A stretch of DNA of 62,273 nucleotides, filler included, from Globobulimina sp. (taxonomy: Eukaryota): assembly GCA_003354225.1 (NCBI GenBank). It is 25 parts of 25 records of this genome, joined end to end, with 100 filler letters (N's around TTAATTAATTAA, not from the genome) between each part and the next. Parts side by side here need not be neighbours in the genome. Positions count along the whole stretch, not along the records: positions 47,413 to 49,806 come from PIVH01006940.1; positions 49,907 to 52,300 come from PIVH01006941.1; positions 52,401 to 54,794 come from PIVH01006942.1; positions 54,895 to 57,287 come from PIVH01006943.1; positions 57,388 to 59,780 come from PIVH01006944.1; positions 59,881 to 62,273 come from PIVH01006945.1; 19 more parts are not named here. One strand, written 5' to 3'. The notes beneath the pieces were generated by a model. The model made no database searches. It worked only from the letters and a program-made list of their open reading frames with translations, and was not told the DNA's origin. Position 1 is the stretch's first letter; each line of letters starts with the position of its first letter. Both the position numbers and the translations under genes were made by a program. Below are positions 48,901 to 62,273 of this stretch, piece after piece.

Positions 48901-50022
48901 AAGGAATTGATTTATTACCATCTAATATGCCAGAAATCGAAGTTATTATTTCGTCACTGGCTTCCCCTGCATTGCGATCTCTATTTTATCGCACTTAAAT
49001 ATCATATTTATACATATTAATATTAATAAAAGTCATCGTAATTAAACTACCCACACGCGCATTGTTATAAATTTGTGGGTGTTTCTTATGATTTCCATTG
49101 ATAAAATTCGAGTTTATATTGATTTATATATTAATTAATTGACTTTGCATTGGTTTCTTTATTGATTTATTGAATTTACATTGATCAGTCTTTGATTCTT
49201 GAACTTTCAATTTATTTTACGTTGATTTAATGCATGATATCGATTGGATTGTAATCACTAAATTGTATACAATTCAATATGTATAAATATCTGATTGTTA
49301 TATTGTCCATTGATTATAAAATTGATTAATATCAGTTTCCATCGCAATAAATCTGGATCCATTTATACGTTCAAACCATAAGCGTTTCCATATGATTCCA
49401 TTTAATTATACAAAACATGGATGACTTTGCATTATGGACTGAGATTCATGGAATCCATCTGCGAGTCGCGACTAGTTATGCACAATATGACTTTATTATA
49501 ATTGTTGTTTGACCCATGGTCGGGCCCAAATGCCCAACCTCACTCAAAATGTTTTCACAAGAACTAAGTTAAAAAACCACCTGTGAGTCTTGAATAAGAC
49601 GTCGGTGCCAAGTGACATAAATTCTTGTATTTAATTTTGTATTTGAATTATTTATTTGTTAATTTATTTATTGACAAATTTGTCAATCTATCAATCAAAC
49701 ACACAATTGGCCAAAGCAGAAACACTTTAATTTTATTATATTAAGCGATTCCCGGCGGTGAAGGATATTAAGTCTTGTTACGGTTGCGTCATAGCAGTGG
49801 ATCATANNNNNNNNNNNNNNNNNNNNNNNNNNNNNNNNNNNNNNNNNNNNTTAATTAATTAANNNNNNNNNNNNNNNNNNNNNNNNNNNNNNNNNNNNNN
49901 NNNNNNACATAATATATTATTATCGTTAAATAAGAAAGTTTTGATCTGTTTATTTATTTTTATATTGTTTTGTCTGTCATATACAAATATATTTTAATTA
50001 ATAAATAAGATATATTGTTTTG

Positions 50023-50347
50023 GAGGTAATGCGTGGTATCAATGTGGTAATTGCTCAGATGAAACTGTTTATTTACCACAACCAAATGAAACATTAAAAA
50101 AGGAAACAATTATTGATATTAAATGTGGTGCGTCTCATAATATTGTTAAAACAGCGGATAACAAATATTATTTATGGGGATTTAATGATTATAATCAATG
50201 TTTATATGTTGATGATGCCAATCCGCCAAGATATATTAAAAAACCATTATTATTTAATTCAAATTATTTTGATAAAGATGAAGAAATACTTGAAATGTAT
50301 CCTGGATATAATGAAACACGAATAATAATTGGCAAAATTTAAAGTGA
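50023..50347 (+). CDS. RCC1-repeat protein C-terminal exon
   Basis: FGGNAWYQCG...IIDIKCGASHNIV...YLWGFNDYNQC. Confidence 0.7.
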
Positions 50348-50538
50348 CATTTTAGTATTTTCGTTTCTTGTTGTTTTTAAGTTTACTTTTTTTCAATTAT
50401 ACTTTTTATGCAAATCCAGAACAAAGTCAGAAGATACAGTGTATCGTTCAGCAAAACTTGGCTGGCAAGAATGAGAAACAACAAAAAGGCATACAATATA
50501 CAAAAAAAAAGACAAAAAACATCTTCGCTTTCAACAGA

Positions 50539-52300
50539 ATGTCAACGTCCGTCATGTGTTTTTGTAGGTTGCTCCTGCAAATATCAGCTTTCGTTTGCTT
50601 TATCAGTCCAAGCAATTCACAATCTACAACCAACACTAAATGTCAATATGTCGCTTTTAATTGGGACGATTTACGATACAGCGAAAACGACACCCAAACA
50701 TTACTTCGAAAATATGAAGATGCCGATGGAGGCGAGGCATATTTACCACCATTCCCTAAGCTGTTTGACCATTACAATGAGAGCTTTGCAAAGGTCCCAT
50801 ACCCAACGCAACAATGCCTACACGTCAACAACACCGACGCAGGCTTTACGTCGTATATGTTTTGGTGCGTTTTGGGCAAACCAACCTTAAAAACCTGGCA
50901 AGATGGCGAGTGTGCCGGCGATGTAGTAACAGAGAGCTTCTCCTCTTTAAATTTAGACGATACCACTCTCGATATCACCTACGAATGTGATGGCTCCTCA
51001 GAGCCATGCAAATACATATCGATTGAAGAGAGCTATTATAAACATAATGCCGTGGATGCCTGCAACGAAGAGGATATCATATCTACCTACACTGGGAAAT
51101 ACGCAGTGGATGTCTGCCTATCCAATGAAGACGAAACTGCCTCATTTAAGTACATCTGCGACACGCGCACCTTGAGCTATACGCGAGTGCAATACAGCGA
51201 TCCTGACTGCACTGACATCGATGACGAAAAGCAAGCCGACGGACTTGAATATTGCGCTGATCAGTATACGTTCATTATTACTGTGTTTGATGAAGGGCTG
51301 AATCTGACGCATTCCTACGATGATACAACGTATACCATCGAATCCGCACGATCTACCTTTGTCGCATGTACATCCATTGACGAGTTTGAGCTGTCGTACC
51401 AAGACTATTGTGTATCCTCTCAGGTGGCAGTGTTGGATGACGACGGTTTTGCAGATAATACTGCAGTGCCTCAATTTGGACCATTTGGGATGGAGCCGGT
51501 GTCGAAGAAGTCATTATCGTCGCTATCGATATTGGATAGATGTGATCCGTGCAATATGGCCGATATTTTAAATGATGGGAACTGTCAAAACGAGTCGATG
51601 CCGGTAGCTTGGGATGAGAGTATTTTATTGATTGATGAGCAGCAAACGCAGGCTATTACGCAATGTGATGGCGGTGTTAAACGGTTTGTGAAGGAGGTGG
51701 AGGCTCTGTCAGATGTGGACGTGCATGGCATTGTATTTACAGCCACTAGCAATATAGCGTCGTATGACGGGACTGATAATAACAACATAAGCATACCAAC
51801 GCGCATAATGAATCCGACAGTGATGGCTAAGTATGAGGACATTTTGGACGCGTCGTTATCATGTAACTACAGAGATGGATATCCGACGGAAATTTGTATT
51901 TCTGTGACCTGTACGCCTGTGGCCAAGCATTGTGATAATATTATGTTTGCAGGAACATATATGATAGACGTTTGTATATATTTTTATTTTATATATACTG
52001 AAGTACTTAAAATTACTTATAACACACAAATATACTAAATATAGAGCACAACGCGCGATAAATACAATTCTAACCCGATATGGGAGAAATCCGCGATTGG
52101 TGAGATAGCAGAACAGTATATTTGGTTGGATGTGGAGGTGGTATCGGATGGTTCTTTAGCGGGCGTGACCCCATATGTTGAATTGCGGTGGGTGGTTAGT
52201 TCGGAAATAGGCAATCCCGGCAATGGAGTGTACTGCACAATAAACGATGTGAACAGAGAGAGCACGAATGAGGTTCCAATTGCAACCAATTTTGATGTGT
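50539..52300 (+). CDS. Secreted/membrane acidic Cys-rich protein with PA (protease-associated)-like domain (3' truncated)
   Basis: Signal peptide, repeated Cys modules, then ILLID...C.....K...VHGIVF...ISIPTRIM. Confidence 0.55.
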
Positions 52301-52553
52301 NNNNNNNNNNNNNNNNNNNNNNNNNNNNNNNNNNNNNNNNNNNNTTAATTAATTAANNNNNNNNNNNNNNNNNNNNNNNNNNNNNNNNNNNNNNNNNNNN
52401 AGAGATAGCCACAATTTAATGAAAATACTTTCTAGTGTTGAGAAGAGAAAATTTATTGTGTCTGATCTTAATCGGGTTCACATCTTCGAAAATGGAGTGT
52501 GTAATTGTAACGATTATTACTGACGTTTTTCAGTCTGCTTCAGTTGGAAAAGC

Positions 52554-53201
52554 ATGACAAACGCTACAGATGTGACAGTCATTAATTTGCTGATGAAGTC
52601 CTTAAAAGAAGATCCTTACAATGCTTTATCTGCACTGTCCACACTACTCTCGAATGACAACGAGGAAGCAATCGCATTCGTCATAAATGAAGGAATAATC
52701 GCAATATTATGCGATATTTTAAAGCATAATCAAGAAAGAGAATCATTAAAAGAGATAACAATGGTTTCAATCGCATTGGATACTTTGCAATATATATTAC
52801 GTTTTGGTGAAAGGAAGAATGGAAATAAAGTTAAACCTGAAATTGTAAAATATGATGGATTTAAATATCTATGTCAGATTTTTGAAAAAAGTCATGCTCA
52901 AAGAAATGATATTTTGTATGCAAAATGCAGACATTTAATGATGCGGTATTTTGCAGATTACAAGAAAAGTAATAATGATTTCAAAATGGTTAATAATAGT
53001 CGCAATGTATCAGATTTATTTGGAGAAGAAGCAGAGAGCGCAAATATGATATTACCGATGTCATTTGGTGCTGTAAATGAATTATTTCCAGTTGAAGCAT
53101 TTCGGTCCAGTTCAAACATTGAAATCCGAAATTTTATCGATGAAAATGCTCAATCGGCCGTAATTCAAATGATTGATGACATTTTGCTTAAATTTGAGTG
53201 A
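52554..53201 (+). CDS. Armadillo/importin-alpha-C-terminus-like helical protein
   Basis: ALSTL...IAFVINEGIIAILCDIL...ALDTLQYILRFG...LYAKCRHLMMRYF. Confidence 0.5.
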   Translation: MTNATDVTVINLLMKSLKEDPYNALSALSTLLSNDNEEAIAFVINEGIIAILCDILKHNQERESLKEITMVSIALDTLQYILRFGERKNGNKVKPEIVKYDGFKYLCQIFEKSHAQRNDILYAKCRHLMMRYFADYKKSNNDFKMVNNSRNVSDLFGEEAESANMILPMSFGAVNELFPVEAFRSSSNIEIRNFIDENAQSAVIQMIDDILLKFE

Positions 53202-53708
53202 TTATGTTATTGTTTGATTGTATCTTTAGGATTATTAAGTTGGTAACATATGTTTCTCCGTTCTATTCGCAACATTTTGTTGTGCGTTAACTCTAATATT
53301 AATATTGTTGTATGGCAAATTGTATAGATTTGATAATGATGTTACATTGAATACAAATAAAAAGAGGCAGTGTTTCAGAAACGAAATGTTTTGAATTCAC
53401 ACTGTATACGTAATAATATCTAAACTCCGAAACTCCGATCATAGCTTATTATTAATTTATTATCTTATCTGATCTTATGCTATATGTCAACGTACAAATC
53501 TAATCCATAACTTGTTAGGAATCTAATCGATGAATCTAATCGAGACCTCTCCAAACATAACGTTTGTTTATCTGTATGATGTGCAAAGTGAAGCGCGGTT
53601 TTTTACTTTAGAAAATCACGAAAACCCCACAACTTTCCCACCTACTCATCCTCCCACCTCAAGACCTTTGTTGTGCACCCAGATAAAACAAAACCAAACC
53701 AGTTAAAA

Positions 53709-54794
53709 ATGAAAGCAATCGTAGCATTATTATTAGGAGTAGCAGCAGCATGGAATCAAGAATATACAATGGATGAATTTCATACCATGGATACCATCGC
53801 AACCTTCAAAGCCTGGGCCGAAGCCTTTGGTAAAACCTATCCAACCATCGAAGAAGCGTCGCATCGTTATATTGTATGGTTAGATAATTTATTTGTGATC
53901 GCCGAGGTAAATTCCCAAGAATTGACCTATAAATTAGCATTAAATCAATTCTCAGACTTAAACACTGATGAATTTCGAACGTATGTCCATGGTGATCATG
54001 GTTCATGTTTCCGTGGTGATAACTTACGAGAACGTTTTATCGTTGTTGGTGAAGACCAACCAGAAGAAGCTGTTCCTGCTCCAGATTCTGTAGATTGGAC
54101 CACCAAAGGTGTTGTCACTCCCGTTAAGAATCAAGGACAATGTGGTATGTACTGTACACTTTGTTTTTTGTGTCGGATTAGGCGCAAAATCGCATACTGT
54201 ATAATATATAATATGTTTAAGGCTCGTGTTGGGCGTTTAGTGCAACCGGCGCCATCGAGTGCCAATATGCGATTCAAAATGGAAAATTAAACTCTTTGGC
54301 CGAGCAACAATTAGTTGATTGTGCAGGCATTACCTATGGATGTATGGGTTGTAACGGTGGACAGATGACGGGAGCCATGCGGTATTCTGCCAAGAATGGC
54401 GGATTATGCAGTGAATCGGCATATAAATATACTGCGAAAAATGGCCAATGTAAATCGTCGTCGTGCGGTACCAAATATGATGCAAATAAAGGTGTATCTG
54501 CTGTGACTCCAAAGAGTGAGACTGCATTAGTGACCGCGACCGCAGCTGGCTGTGTGTCCATCGGTATTGAGGCGGATCAGACGGCATTTCAACATTATTC
54601 CAGTGGCGTATTAACCGGTACGTGTGGTACCAGTATCGATCATGGTGTGTTAGTGGTTGGTTATGGTACTTCCGGTTCCAGCCAGTATTGGAAAGTGAAG
54701 AATTCATGGGGTGCTACATGGTGTGTGGTATACGCAAATTCGCATAGGTTTTATAATTTTGTTTTGTTTTGTTTTTTGTTTTGTGTGTAGGGGA
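53709..54794 (+). CDS. Papain-family (cathepsin L-like) cysteine protease, 3' truncated
   Basis: Signal peptide, I29 propeptide (LNQFSDL), VKNQGQCG|SCWAFS, GCNGG, DHGVLVVGYG and YWKVKNSWG. Confidence 0.95.
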
Positions 54795-54894
54795 NNNNNN
54801 NNNNNNNNNNNNNNNNNNNNNNNNNNNNNNNNNNNNNNTTAATTAATTAANNNNNNNNNNNNNNNNNNNNNNNNNNNNNNNNNNNNNNNNNNNN

Positions 54895-55273
54895 AAATCA
54901 TTTATATTTACAGTTAATATGACCCTCTCCATTTTATCAGTGTCAAAAATGTATAATTGTCCTTGAATTAATAATACGGCGTAACTCCTTAATTTATATA
55001 AAATATTTTGCGGTAAAACAGCATTCTTATTATTAATTTGAGATTGATACTCATTCATTGCATTTTGAATTTGGTTTGGAATTAATGTGGGAACCATTGC
55101 TTTGAATGCACCATTTTGTTTAATTGTATTATATCCATAAATTGTCATCGGACCTTTACAAATAATTTGTGCTGTACATAGTCGTTCCACTTCATCTAAT
55201 TCTTCAATTATAAATTCTTGACATTCCTCAAATGAATCAGATAAAATTTGTGTACATAGAAACAATATGTCGC

Positions 55274-55309
<36 letters not shown>

Positions 55310-56849
55310 CATATGCATCCACTTCATTTAATAATTCATTCCATTCATCTTTTATATGCATTATATTTGGCGTACGCGTATATAAAATATATTGAATGAA
55401 ATGAATAATAGTTTGTATGACCATATCAGTACAAATAATCTCAATGTCGTGGAAATCAGTTAGCAATGAGCTTGTTAACATTGCTTGAATCTTTCGTCGA
55501 CAATAAATTGATGAACGCATTAATGTCAATATTTTACACATTTCATCTGAAAAGTTACCTGTTTTTTCTTTAATTAATGGATTTTCTTCAAAATGATCAT
55601 TACCAAAAAGTTTGAGTGATTCACGTAATTTATTCTCAATTTCATTGTCAATATTTTTAAACCTATCATGTGTTTTCCATAACGGATCCATTAATTTATT
55701 CGTTGCTTTACTCAAATTTTCAACCAATTGATAAATTTCTGAAATGTTTGGATATGAATATCTGTCACCACCAATTATTTTCTCTTCGATTCCAAATATC
55801 TTTTTAATAATCATTACAAACACAACTTGCATCTTCGGTGTGCTTCGATCATTTCTAATATTTAATAAAACATAAAAAAATTGTACATTTAAAATATAAT
55901 TTATATCAAACAAACTTAACATTTGTGCAATAACAGAAGCAAATTGGTCTATGGCAGATTCAATGATTTTTAAAATGTTTTCTGTATTTTGAGCATAACA
56001 TTTTAATATTTGATGCCATTGATAAGTGGAATCCCAATGCAATCGGACTCGTACTGCTAAATTGACGTAAGCACTCTCTCTCTGCTTCCAACTTTCATAG
56101 TTTTGGTCTAAATACTTTAGCAATAAATTCATTCTCTCGAAATGCAACGAATTTAATACTTTTGGTTTGGTTCTTTTTTGAACAAATCTCCGAGTCCATT
56201 TCCCTATTATTTCCGCACGTAATTGATTATGAATATCGTGCTCCAAATCTTGCATTGCAATGCAATCTTCGTTCTGGTTCAATTCATCCATTTGTTGCTC
56301 CCAAAAAGATTCATGCGATTCTATTGAATTTGGCGAATCGCACGGCTTTGTAAACCATGCATCACTCGATATCGATTCCAATTTATTTAATTTGCTATTT
56401 GCTTTGCTATTATCTTCGGAAATGGATAATATATCATAGGTATCGACATCAATATCATGTTTAAATCTGTCACTTTTTTTAGCTGAGCTGAGCCATGTTT
56501 TAGTGGCATCTTCTATATGTTTATGAATTTTTTGTCTTTGTTTCTTTAAAGCAGTTTTTGATAAATCAAATGGATCAATGTATTCTTTATCATTCCGGGT
56601 CAACATCGGACTCTCATTCACAAATCGGACTGTCTTGGTGTCTTTGTCTGCAATCTCAAATCTGTGCGCATTTGGGGTTACCATCGGAATTTTTTTAACC
56701 TTATATGGGTTTCGAAGATCTGCTGACAATGTATTTGTAGAAAATTGTATGGTTGAATCTACCGAAGATGCAGGAGTTGATATGTATGATGCTTTTCGTT
56801 TTTGTTTTATTTGATCACTAAGCGATGGAATTTCATCTGAAGAAGACAT
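54895..56849 (-). CDS. Large hypothetical protein; possible PH domain starting at the contig edge
   Basis: Long ORF; ICKGPM...YAVLLIQGQLYIFD is PH-like. No family recognised. Confidence 0.5.
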
Positions 56850-57457
56850 GTTGCAATCGGTGACTTGTGATAAATATAGAAATGATATGAAATATAAAAT
56901 ATTCTATTTATTTCATAATTTCATAATCATCATACTAGCAAAATGTATGGCACTCGAATTGTACGGTAAATCTTTGGATAAATGCCAGTTAACTCGACGC
57001 GTAAAGTAAGATGACAGGAATTATTAATGCTGCACTATATTCTGGATAACATGGTTAGTAACTTAGTATTTCGTTTTATATTTAATTCAATGTTGAGATC
57101 TGCGCAGTGGACATTGGTGGTGGCAATGTCACTTTCAATTTTTTGCAAGTTTCCAACACTTTCAATTCTCCTTCGGTCGGGAAAATATTTTTCGAATTAA
57201 GATTTAAAACAGCTTAAATAAATGTTTTTGTTTGTCAATGACGACAACGATCCCCCAACATTGCCCCCACCTCCCTTAGAACCCATGNNNNNNNNNNNNN
57301 NNNNNNNNNNNNNNNNNNNNNNNNNNNNNNNTTAATTAATTAANNNNNNNNNNNNNNNNNNNNNNNNNNNNNNNNNNNNNNNNNNNNCACATTTTCTTTC
57401 ATCCTTTCGTGTTCGCAAAGCGATAGATTTAATTAATTCTAATTTCAAAACCATTAA

Positions 57458-58666
57458 ATGTCAGCACTTTCAGAAGAAGAAAAAAATCAAGAAGAATACG
57501 AATACGAAGACGATGAAGATGAAGATGAAGAACAGCAAAAATCATACACAGTAATCGAGGCATTGGAACAACAAAACATAAGCAGTGCGGATATAAAAAA
57601 ATTGAAAGAAGCAAATTATTATACAGTTGAGGCAGTAGCTTATGCGCCAAAAAAACAACTATTAACAATTAAAGGTATTTCGGATGCAAAAGTGGAGAAA
57701 TTGCAAAATGCAGGTTTGTATTTGTAATTTGTATGCATGTTCCTGGAACACTCTCTGTTGTCTGTGTTTCAATCCAATGCAACAATGAAAAACATACAAT
57801 AATAAACAGCACAGAAAATGTTAAAAGCCAATATGTCTTTCATCACAGCCACTGATTATTATAAAAAACGTGAAGATATTGTTCAAATTACGACTGGTTC
57901 CGCCAAATTTGATGAATTATTAGGCGGCGGCATTGAAACCGGTTCTATTACTGAGATATTCGGCGAATTTCGTACTGGAAAGACTCAAATCTGTCATATG
58001 CTGTGTGTAACATGTCAAGTTTAGTAATATTAATATATAAAATATACATAATATACATAATATCCTTGCGCTCATAAATCATATTATTGTAAGTTTCCAA
58101 TCCAAAGTGGAGGCGCAGAAGGTTGTGCATTGTATATTGACACCGAAGGCACATTTCGACCAAAAAGAGTGGAACAAATGGCGGGTAGATATGGCATGGA
58201 TAGCAATGACTTATTGGATAACATATCCTTTGCCAGGGCGTACTCCTCCGATCACCAAATGAAATTAATAAAGGAAGCCGCCCAAATGATGACATCCTCC
58301 CATTATGCACTAGTAATTGTTGACAGTGCCACGGCATTATTTCGATCAGAATATATTGGCAGAGGCGAACTATCCGTCCGACAACAAACATTGGGTAAGT
58401 TTTTGAGACAATTATTGCAATTATGTGATATATTTGGCGTTGCCGTGGTGATTACTAATCAAGTCGTGTCTGATCCGGGCGGTATGTCTTTTGGGCCCAA
58501 TATAAAACCCATTGGCGGCAATATTATTGCCCACGCATCGACGACGAGGATTTCGTTAAGAAAAGGTTCCAAAAATACAAGGGTCGCGAAAATATTTGAT
58601 TCTCCGAATTTGCCTGAAGATGAATGTCAATTTTCGATAACAAATGATGGCATTGTTGATGAATAG
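57458..58666 (+). CDS. RAD51: RAD51 recombinase (3 exons)
   Basis: [55 protein letters not shown] and [12 protein letters not shown]. Confidence 0.95.
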
Positions 58667-58824
58667 AATGGCTTTTTGCATCAATCCACTTATTTATTTA
58701 ACCTTAATTTCGAATCCGGTCCTCATTGTTTTTATCATTTTAATTTTCAAAGAAAAAGTTTCAATTTAAATCAATTTTAAATGTGTTTGAAATGTGAAAT
58801 TTTTTTCAAAGTCCAAACAAACAT

Positions 58825-59780
58825 TCACAAGCTAGCATTAATAAACTGTTTTGGTTTTAGATTTTTTATAAAGTTTTGTTGCCATAAGTCTGTAAATTCC
58901 TTTTGCTCTTTGAAAATTTGCAATAATTGTCTTGAATGGATATCAAATTGTTCTCTTCGTAGAGATGATACAGATTCATGTTCCTGAGAAATAATTTCAT
59001 GAATACACTGATTAATAATTGTGTTTGTCGTAATTGGCACCAAACAGTTATTGTAATTGACAATATTTATTAAATGGTCAAATTCATTTAATGCATATTG
59101 TCGCATTTCATTGATATCGTTTTTATAAATCCGTCTCATACCGCGTTTATATCGAGATTTAATATTCTGTTGTTCCATGCTTATAAAATCAACATTATAT
59201 ATATTTACAATGCCTTTTTTTGTGTTTTCAATTTTGAATTCCATGGTTTTGGCATTAGTAATATATTCTTTTTCAATTTGATTGGATATATCTTCAAAAT
59301 AATCAGCAAATTGTTTGATTTCAGTGTTATACCATTGCCATTTATATTCTTCTTGTTCTTTTTCTTCCTCTTTTTCCTCTTTTTCTTGATAAATAATTTC
59401 ATAAAACAAATTAAAAAAAGAACATATATCTTTTAACATATTTATTTGAATATTGACTGGCAATTTATATCGTATCTCATTGTCCATTAATCCATTCGTT
59501 GCTGTTCTAATCTTAATAAACGTTCTTCGATCAACAACATGTTTTACATCATATTCTTTACATAAATACTCTCCAAAATTATTTTCATTCAAAATGCATA
59601 ATTTCTTGCATGGTTTGCATGTTAAAATTACATTATTGCTCAATTCAAATTCATTTTTATTCAAATGGCGAATATATTTTGTCGGCACAATATAATATTT
59701 CACCAATGTCGATAACATATATGTTTTTCCACAAACAACACAATTTCCCATCCTCATTTCTTTCATATCATCCATACTGT
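58825..59780 (-). CDS. EXD2-like HNH/zinc-binding domain protein (5' truncated)
   Basis: CVVCG...L...YIVP..Y..HL...SNNVILTCKPC, and C-terminal F..LWQQNFIKNLKPK. Confidence 0.55.
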
Positions 59781-59880
59781 NNNNNNNNNNNNNNNNNNNN
59801 NNNNNNNNNNNNNNNNNNNNNNNNTTAATTAATTAANNNNNNNNNNNNNNNNNNNNNNNNNNNNNNNNNNNNNNNNNNNN

Positions 59881-61958
59881 ATCATATCATACTTATCATC
59901 AACAGCTGCAGTTGCATTTTCTTTGCTGGTTACCTTTTCTTTGGAGGGACCAACTAAATTTCCCTCCGGATCGGACACACAAAAACTTGTTTTATTTTTG
60001 AAACCTTTAAACTCATTACATTTAAAAATATAATAATTCTGATTGAATTTGAATAATTCCTCCGCATTCTTAACAGTATACATTGTATTTATGGATGAAG
60101 CTCTTTCTATATCTAATACAGAATATGGAATGGTTAGCAACTGTCGAAATCTATCAACTGGGCCAATCCTAAAAATATCCACATTTTCTTTCCATTCTAC
60201 ATTAATATTTACAGGTTGCCTTTCTTCCATTTTGCTGTCATATTCGATTTGTAATTGAGCTAAACCATCGACATCTTGCTTGTATAATGATATTGTTTTA
60301 TCTTTCATTGATTCACCAAACATATTGCTATATGATTCATATTCAGCTAAATTAGCCTGACTCGGTTGAATTAAATATTGTGTTGAAATTCTGTGTGAAT
60401 ATTTATCATAATTCCAACACTGAGCCTTCCTTTTTTCAAAAATAAATCCTTTTTTTCTTTTCCTTTTTTCACTCCAATGTCGAAAAGAAAACAGTTGAGG
60501 ACCAACAAATATTTTGTATCCAATGGCAATATTATATCCATCCCTGTCTTTGATACAAAACTCTGACGGCAAACATGGACAATTAAACTTAAATTCTTGC
60601 TCACTATTTTGCGTAGAATCACTTCCAATCTCTGTCAACTTCACAGTGGGAATATTATAAACCGGCGCTCCGTTCAAATTAAATTGAACAGAAATAACAG
60701 GTACTCCATTAATTGCATTCAATTCAATAAATTGAAGCTGGCCCTTTGGATAATCGCTATGATACGGTTCTAACATTTGCCATAAACAATGATCGGGTGG
60801 AACTTGCGCCGAACCTCTACTTTTTGTCCATAATGCTGCGAATAAGTATTTATTCCCATTTTCGTAATCTTGTACACCTCTGCATACATATACATATTCA
60901 TCGTACTGCGCTTGCAACAAATAAATAGCCGCTTGATTGCTGGACGACATTGCTGTGCTCCATTCGAAAGATTTAATACCGCCAAAAAAGCCAGATTTAC
61001 TTTTGGGTGAAGTTGCGTGCAATATTTTGAAATTGGTCCCTCTGAACTCGTTGAAACCAATTCCAATAAATTTATCATTTTCGAATGGCGTTTTTAAATA
61101 AACATAGCTTGATTCGCTGAAATGTTTTTTAACTGAGCCAATAGTACTAATTGTGTTTGGATTTACAAATGATATTACATGGAAATCATTTTTCTTTGAA
61201 TGTAGGTTCTTCACCGTCTCTGCGGATACATTGCGACCAATTAATTGTTTTGCGAGATCATCATTTCTCGGCAGATCGCGAATAATTACTTTTTTAGTGA
61301 TATGGTTTATTTCCAAAATGTTATATTCAAATTGATTCTCAAAATTCTTATTACAGAATTTGGTGTATTTGCTTCCAACTTCAATCGCCGACAATACGGT
61401 AAAATCAAATTTTGCGAATGTTATCTCACATAGATAACGTTCATTTGCATCTGCATCGTCAGCAAACGAAATAAATGCGCCATTGGGTGTATGTTGGAAA
61501 TTATAGCACGCGCCGCAATCAATGTGCCTTAAATTCATAGCATTGTCGTTGTGTGTTATAAATGCAGCGCCAAAATCAAACTCTGATCCATTGAGTCGAG
61601 CATGTTTTCCCTTATCATGTGGTTTTTGCCGCATATTATCAATGGGTAATTCAACGCAAACTTGATTATTATAAAAATCACATCCAAAACATTTGTTTCG
61701 GTCTAATTGTTTAGGACCTTCGAATGATAATTTGACCAACGGAACTATGCCACGCTCGACATGCACCCAATCACGCACCAAAGGCCGATTTACATTGACT
61801 GATTTGTGACGGTTGATTGTAATTTCGTTGGGTTGATCGTCTGACTCTGACTCTGATTCTAAAACTAATGTCGTGTTATCATCTTCAGGATCGTTTATTG
61901 ATATTCCTGTTGACGTACTAAAAAATGCTAATGTTATTGTTAAATACGTTACAAACAT
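59881..61958 (-). CDS. Intronless secreted orphan protein (>690 aa, 3' truncated)
   Basis: MFVTYLTITLAFFSTSTG signal peptide; uninterrupted beta-rich ORF; no recognisable motif. Confidence 0.55.
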
Positions 61959-62201
61959 AAGACTTTGTGCTTTCTGCAAAAGGATTTGCTTGAAATGAAT
62001 AAGAATGACTAGTAGTTAGCTTGAGTTTGGAAAAAACTTTTTGGTGATTATTAAAGATAAAACGCTGTCGGACTTCCCTAGAATAACATATAGATATATG
62101 ATAAAATTGCAACCAGCGCAATTTTATTTATTTTAATTTATTAAATTAAAACATACGAAAGAAATAAAACTCAAACAAAACAAACAGAAAAAAAAAATTA
62201 G

Positions 62202-62273
<72 letters not shown>
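62202..62273 (+). repeat. Terminal poly(A) run
   Basis: 72 A residues at the contig end; AATAAA at 62163-62168. Confidence 0.9.

Noticed and set aside
264-58666. Alternative genetic code explaining fragmented ORFs
   Set aside because: Breaks in conserved genes (RAD51, PEX7, HDAC, cathepsin) are explained by GT-AG introns, and TAA, TAG and TGA all end genes.
57458-58666. DMC1
   Set aside because: [16 protein letters not shown] and AYAPKK match RAD51 rather than DMC1.
2398-59880. Regularly spaced TTAATTAATTAA as a CRISPR-like or biological repeat
   Set aside because: It is embedded in N runs and is a six-frame-stop linker.

Overview
This window is not one locus. It is 25 unrelated contigs of 2,393-2,397 bp, sorted by decreasing length and joined by an artificial 100-bp spacer (N44-TTAATTAATTAA-N44), so adjacency across spacers is meaningless. 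Most contigs come from a very AT-rich protist using the standard code and short GT-AG introns; the gene style suggests a foraminiferan/rhizarian (inference). Recognisable genes are eIF2B-gamma, formin, a RING-H2 ligase, GST-theta, a CAP-Gly protein, a peroxisomal carrier, a class C GPCR, an AGC kinase, a class II HDAC, PEX7, a USP47-like protease, cathepsin L, RAD51 and an EXD2-like HNH protein. One contig (22466-24860) is bacterial. The most interesting items are: (1) a GC-richer, virus-like, densely packed contig (42425-44818) with a histone H3 that has lost K9, S10, K27 and S28 but kept K4/K14/K18/K23, tail-to-tail with an intron-containing NADAR hydrolase, a candidate anti-silencing cassette; (2) parts of a DIRS/Ngaro-type tyrosine-recombinase retroelement, including a Gag-like gene with an in-frame 421-nt spliceosomal intron; (3) a BRICK1/HSPC300-polyproline-FKBP fusion; (4) an exon-modular basic/acidic Tyr-rich protein next to a GGGY-rich protein; (5) a contig that closes into a 2,276-bp circle. 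All calls come from reading motifs by eye, with no database searches.
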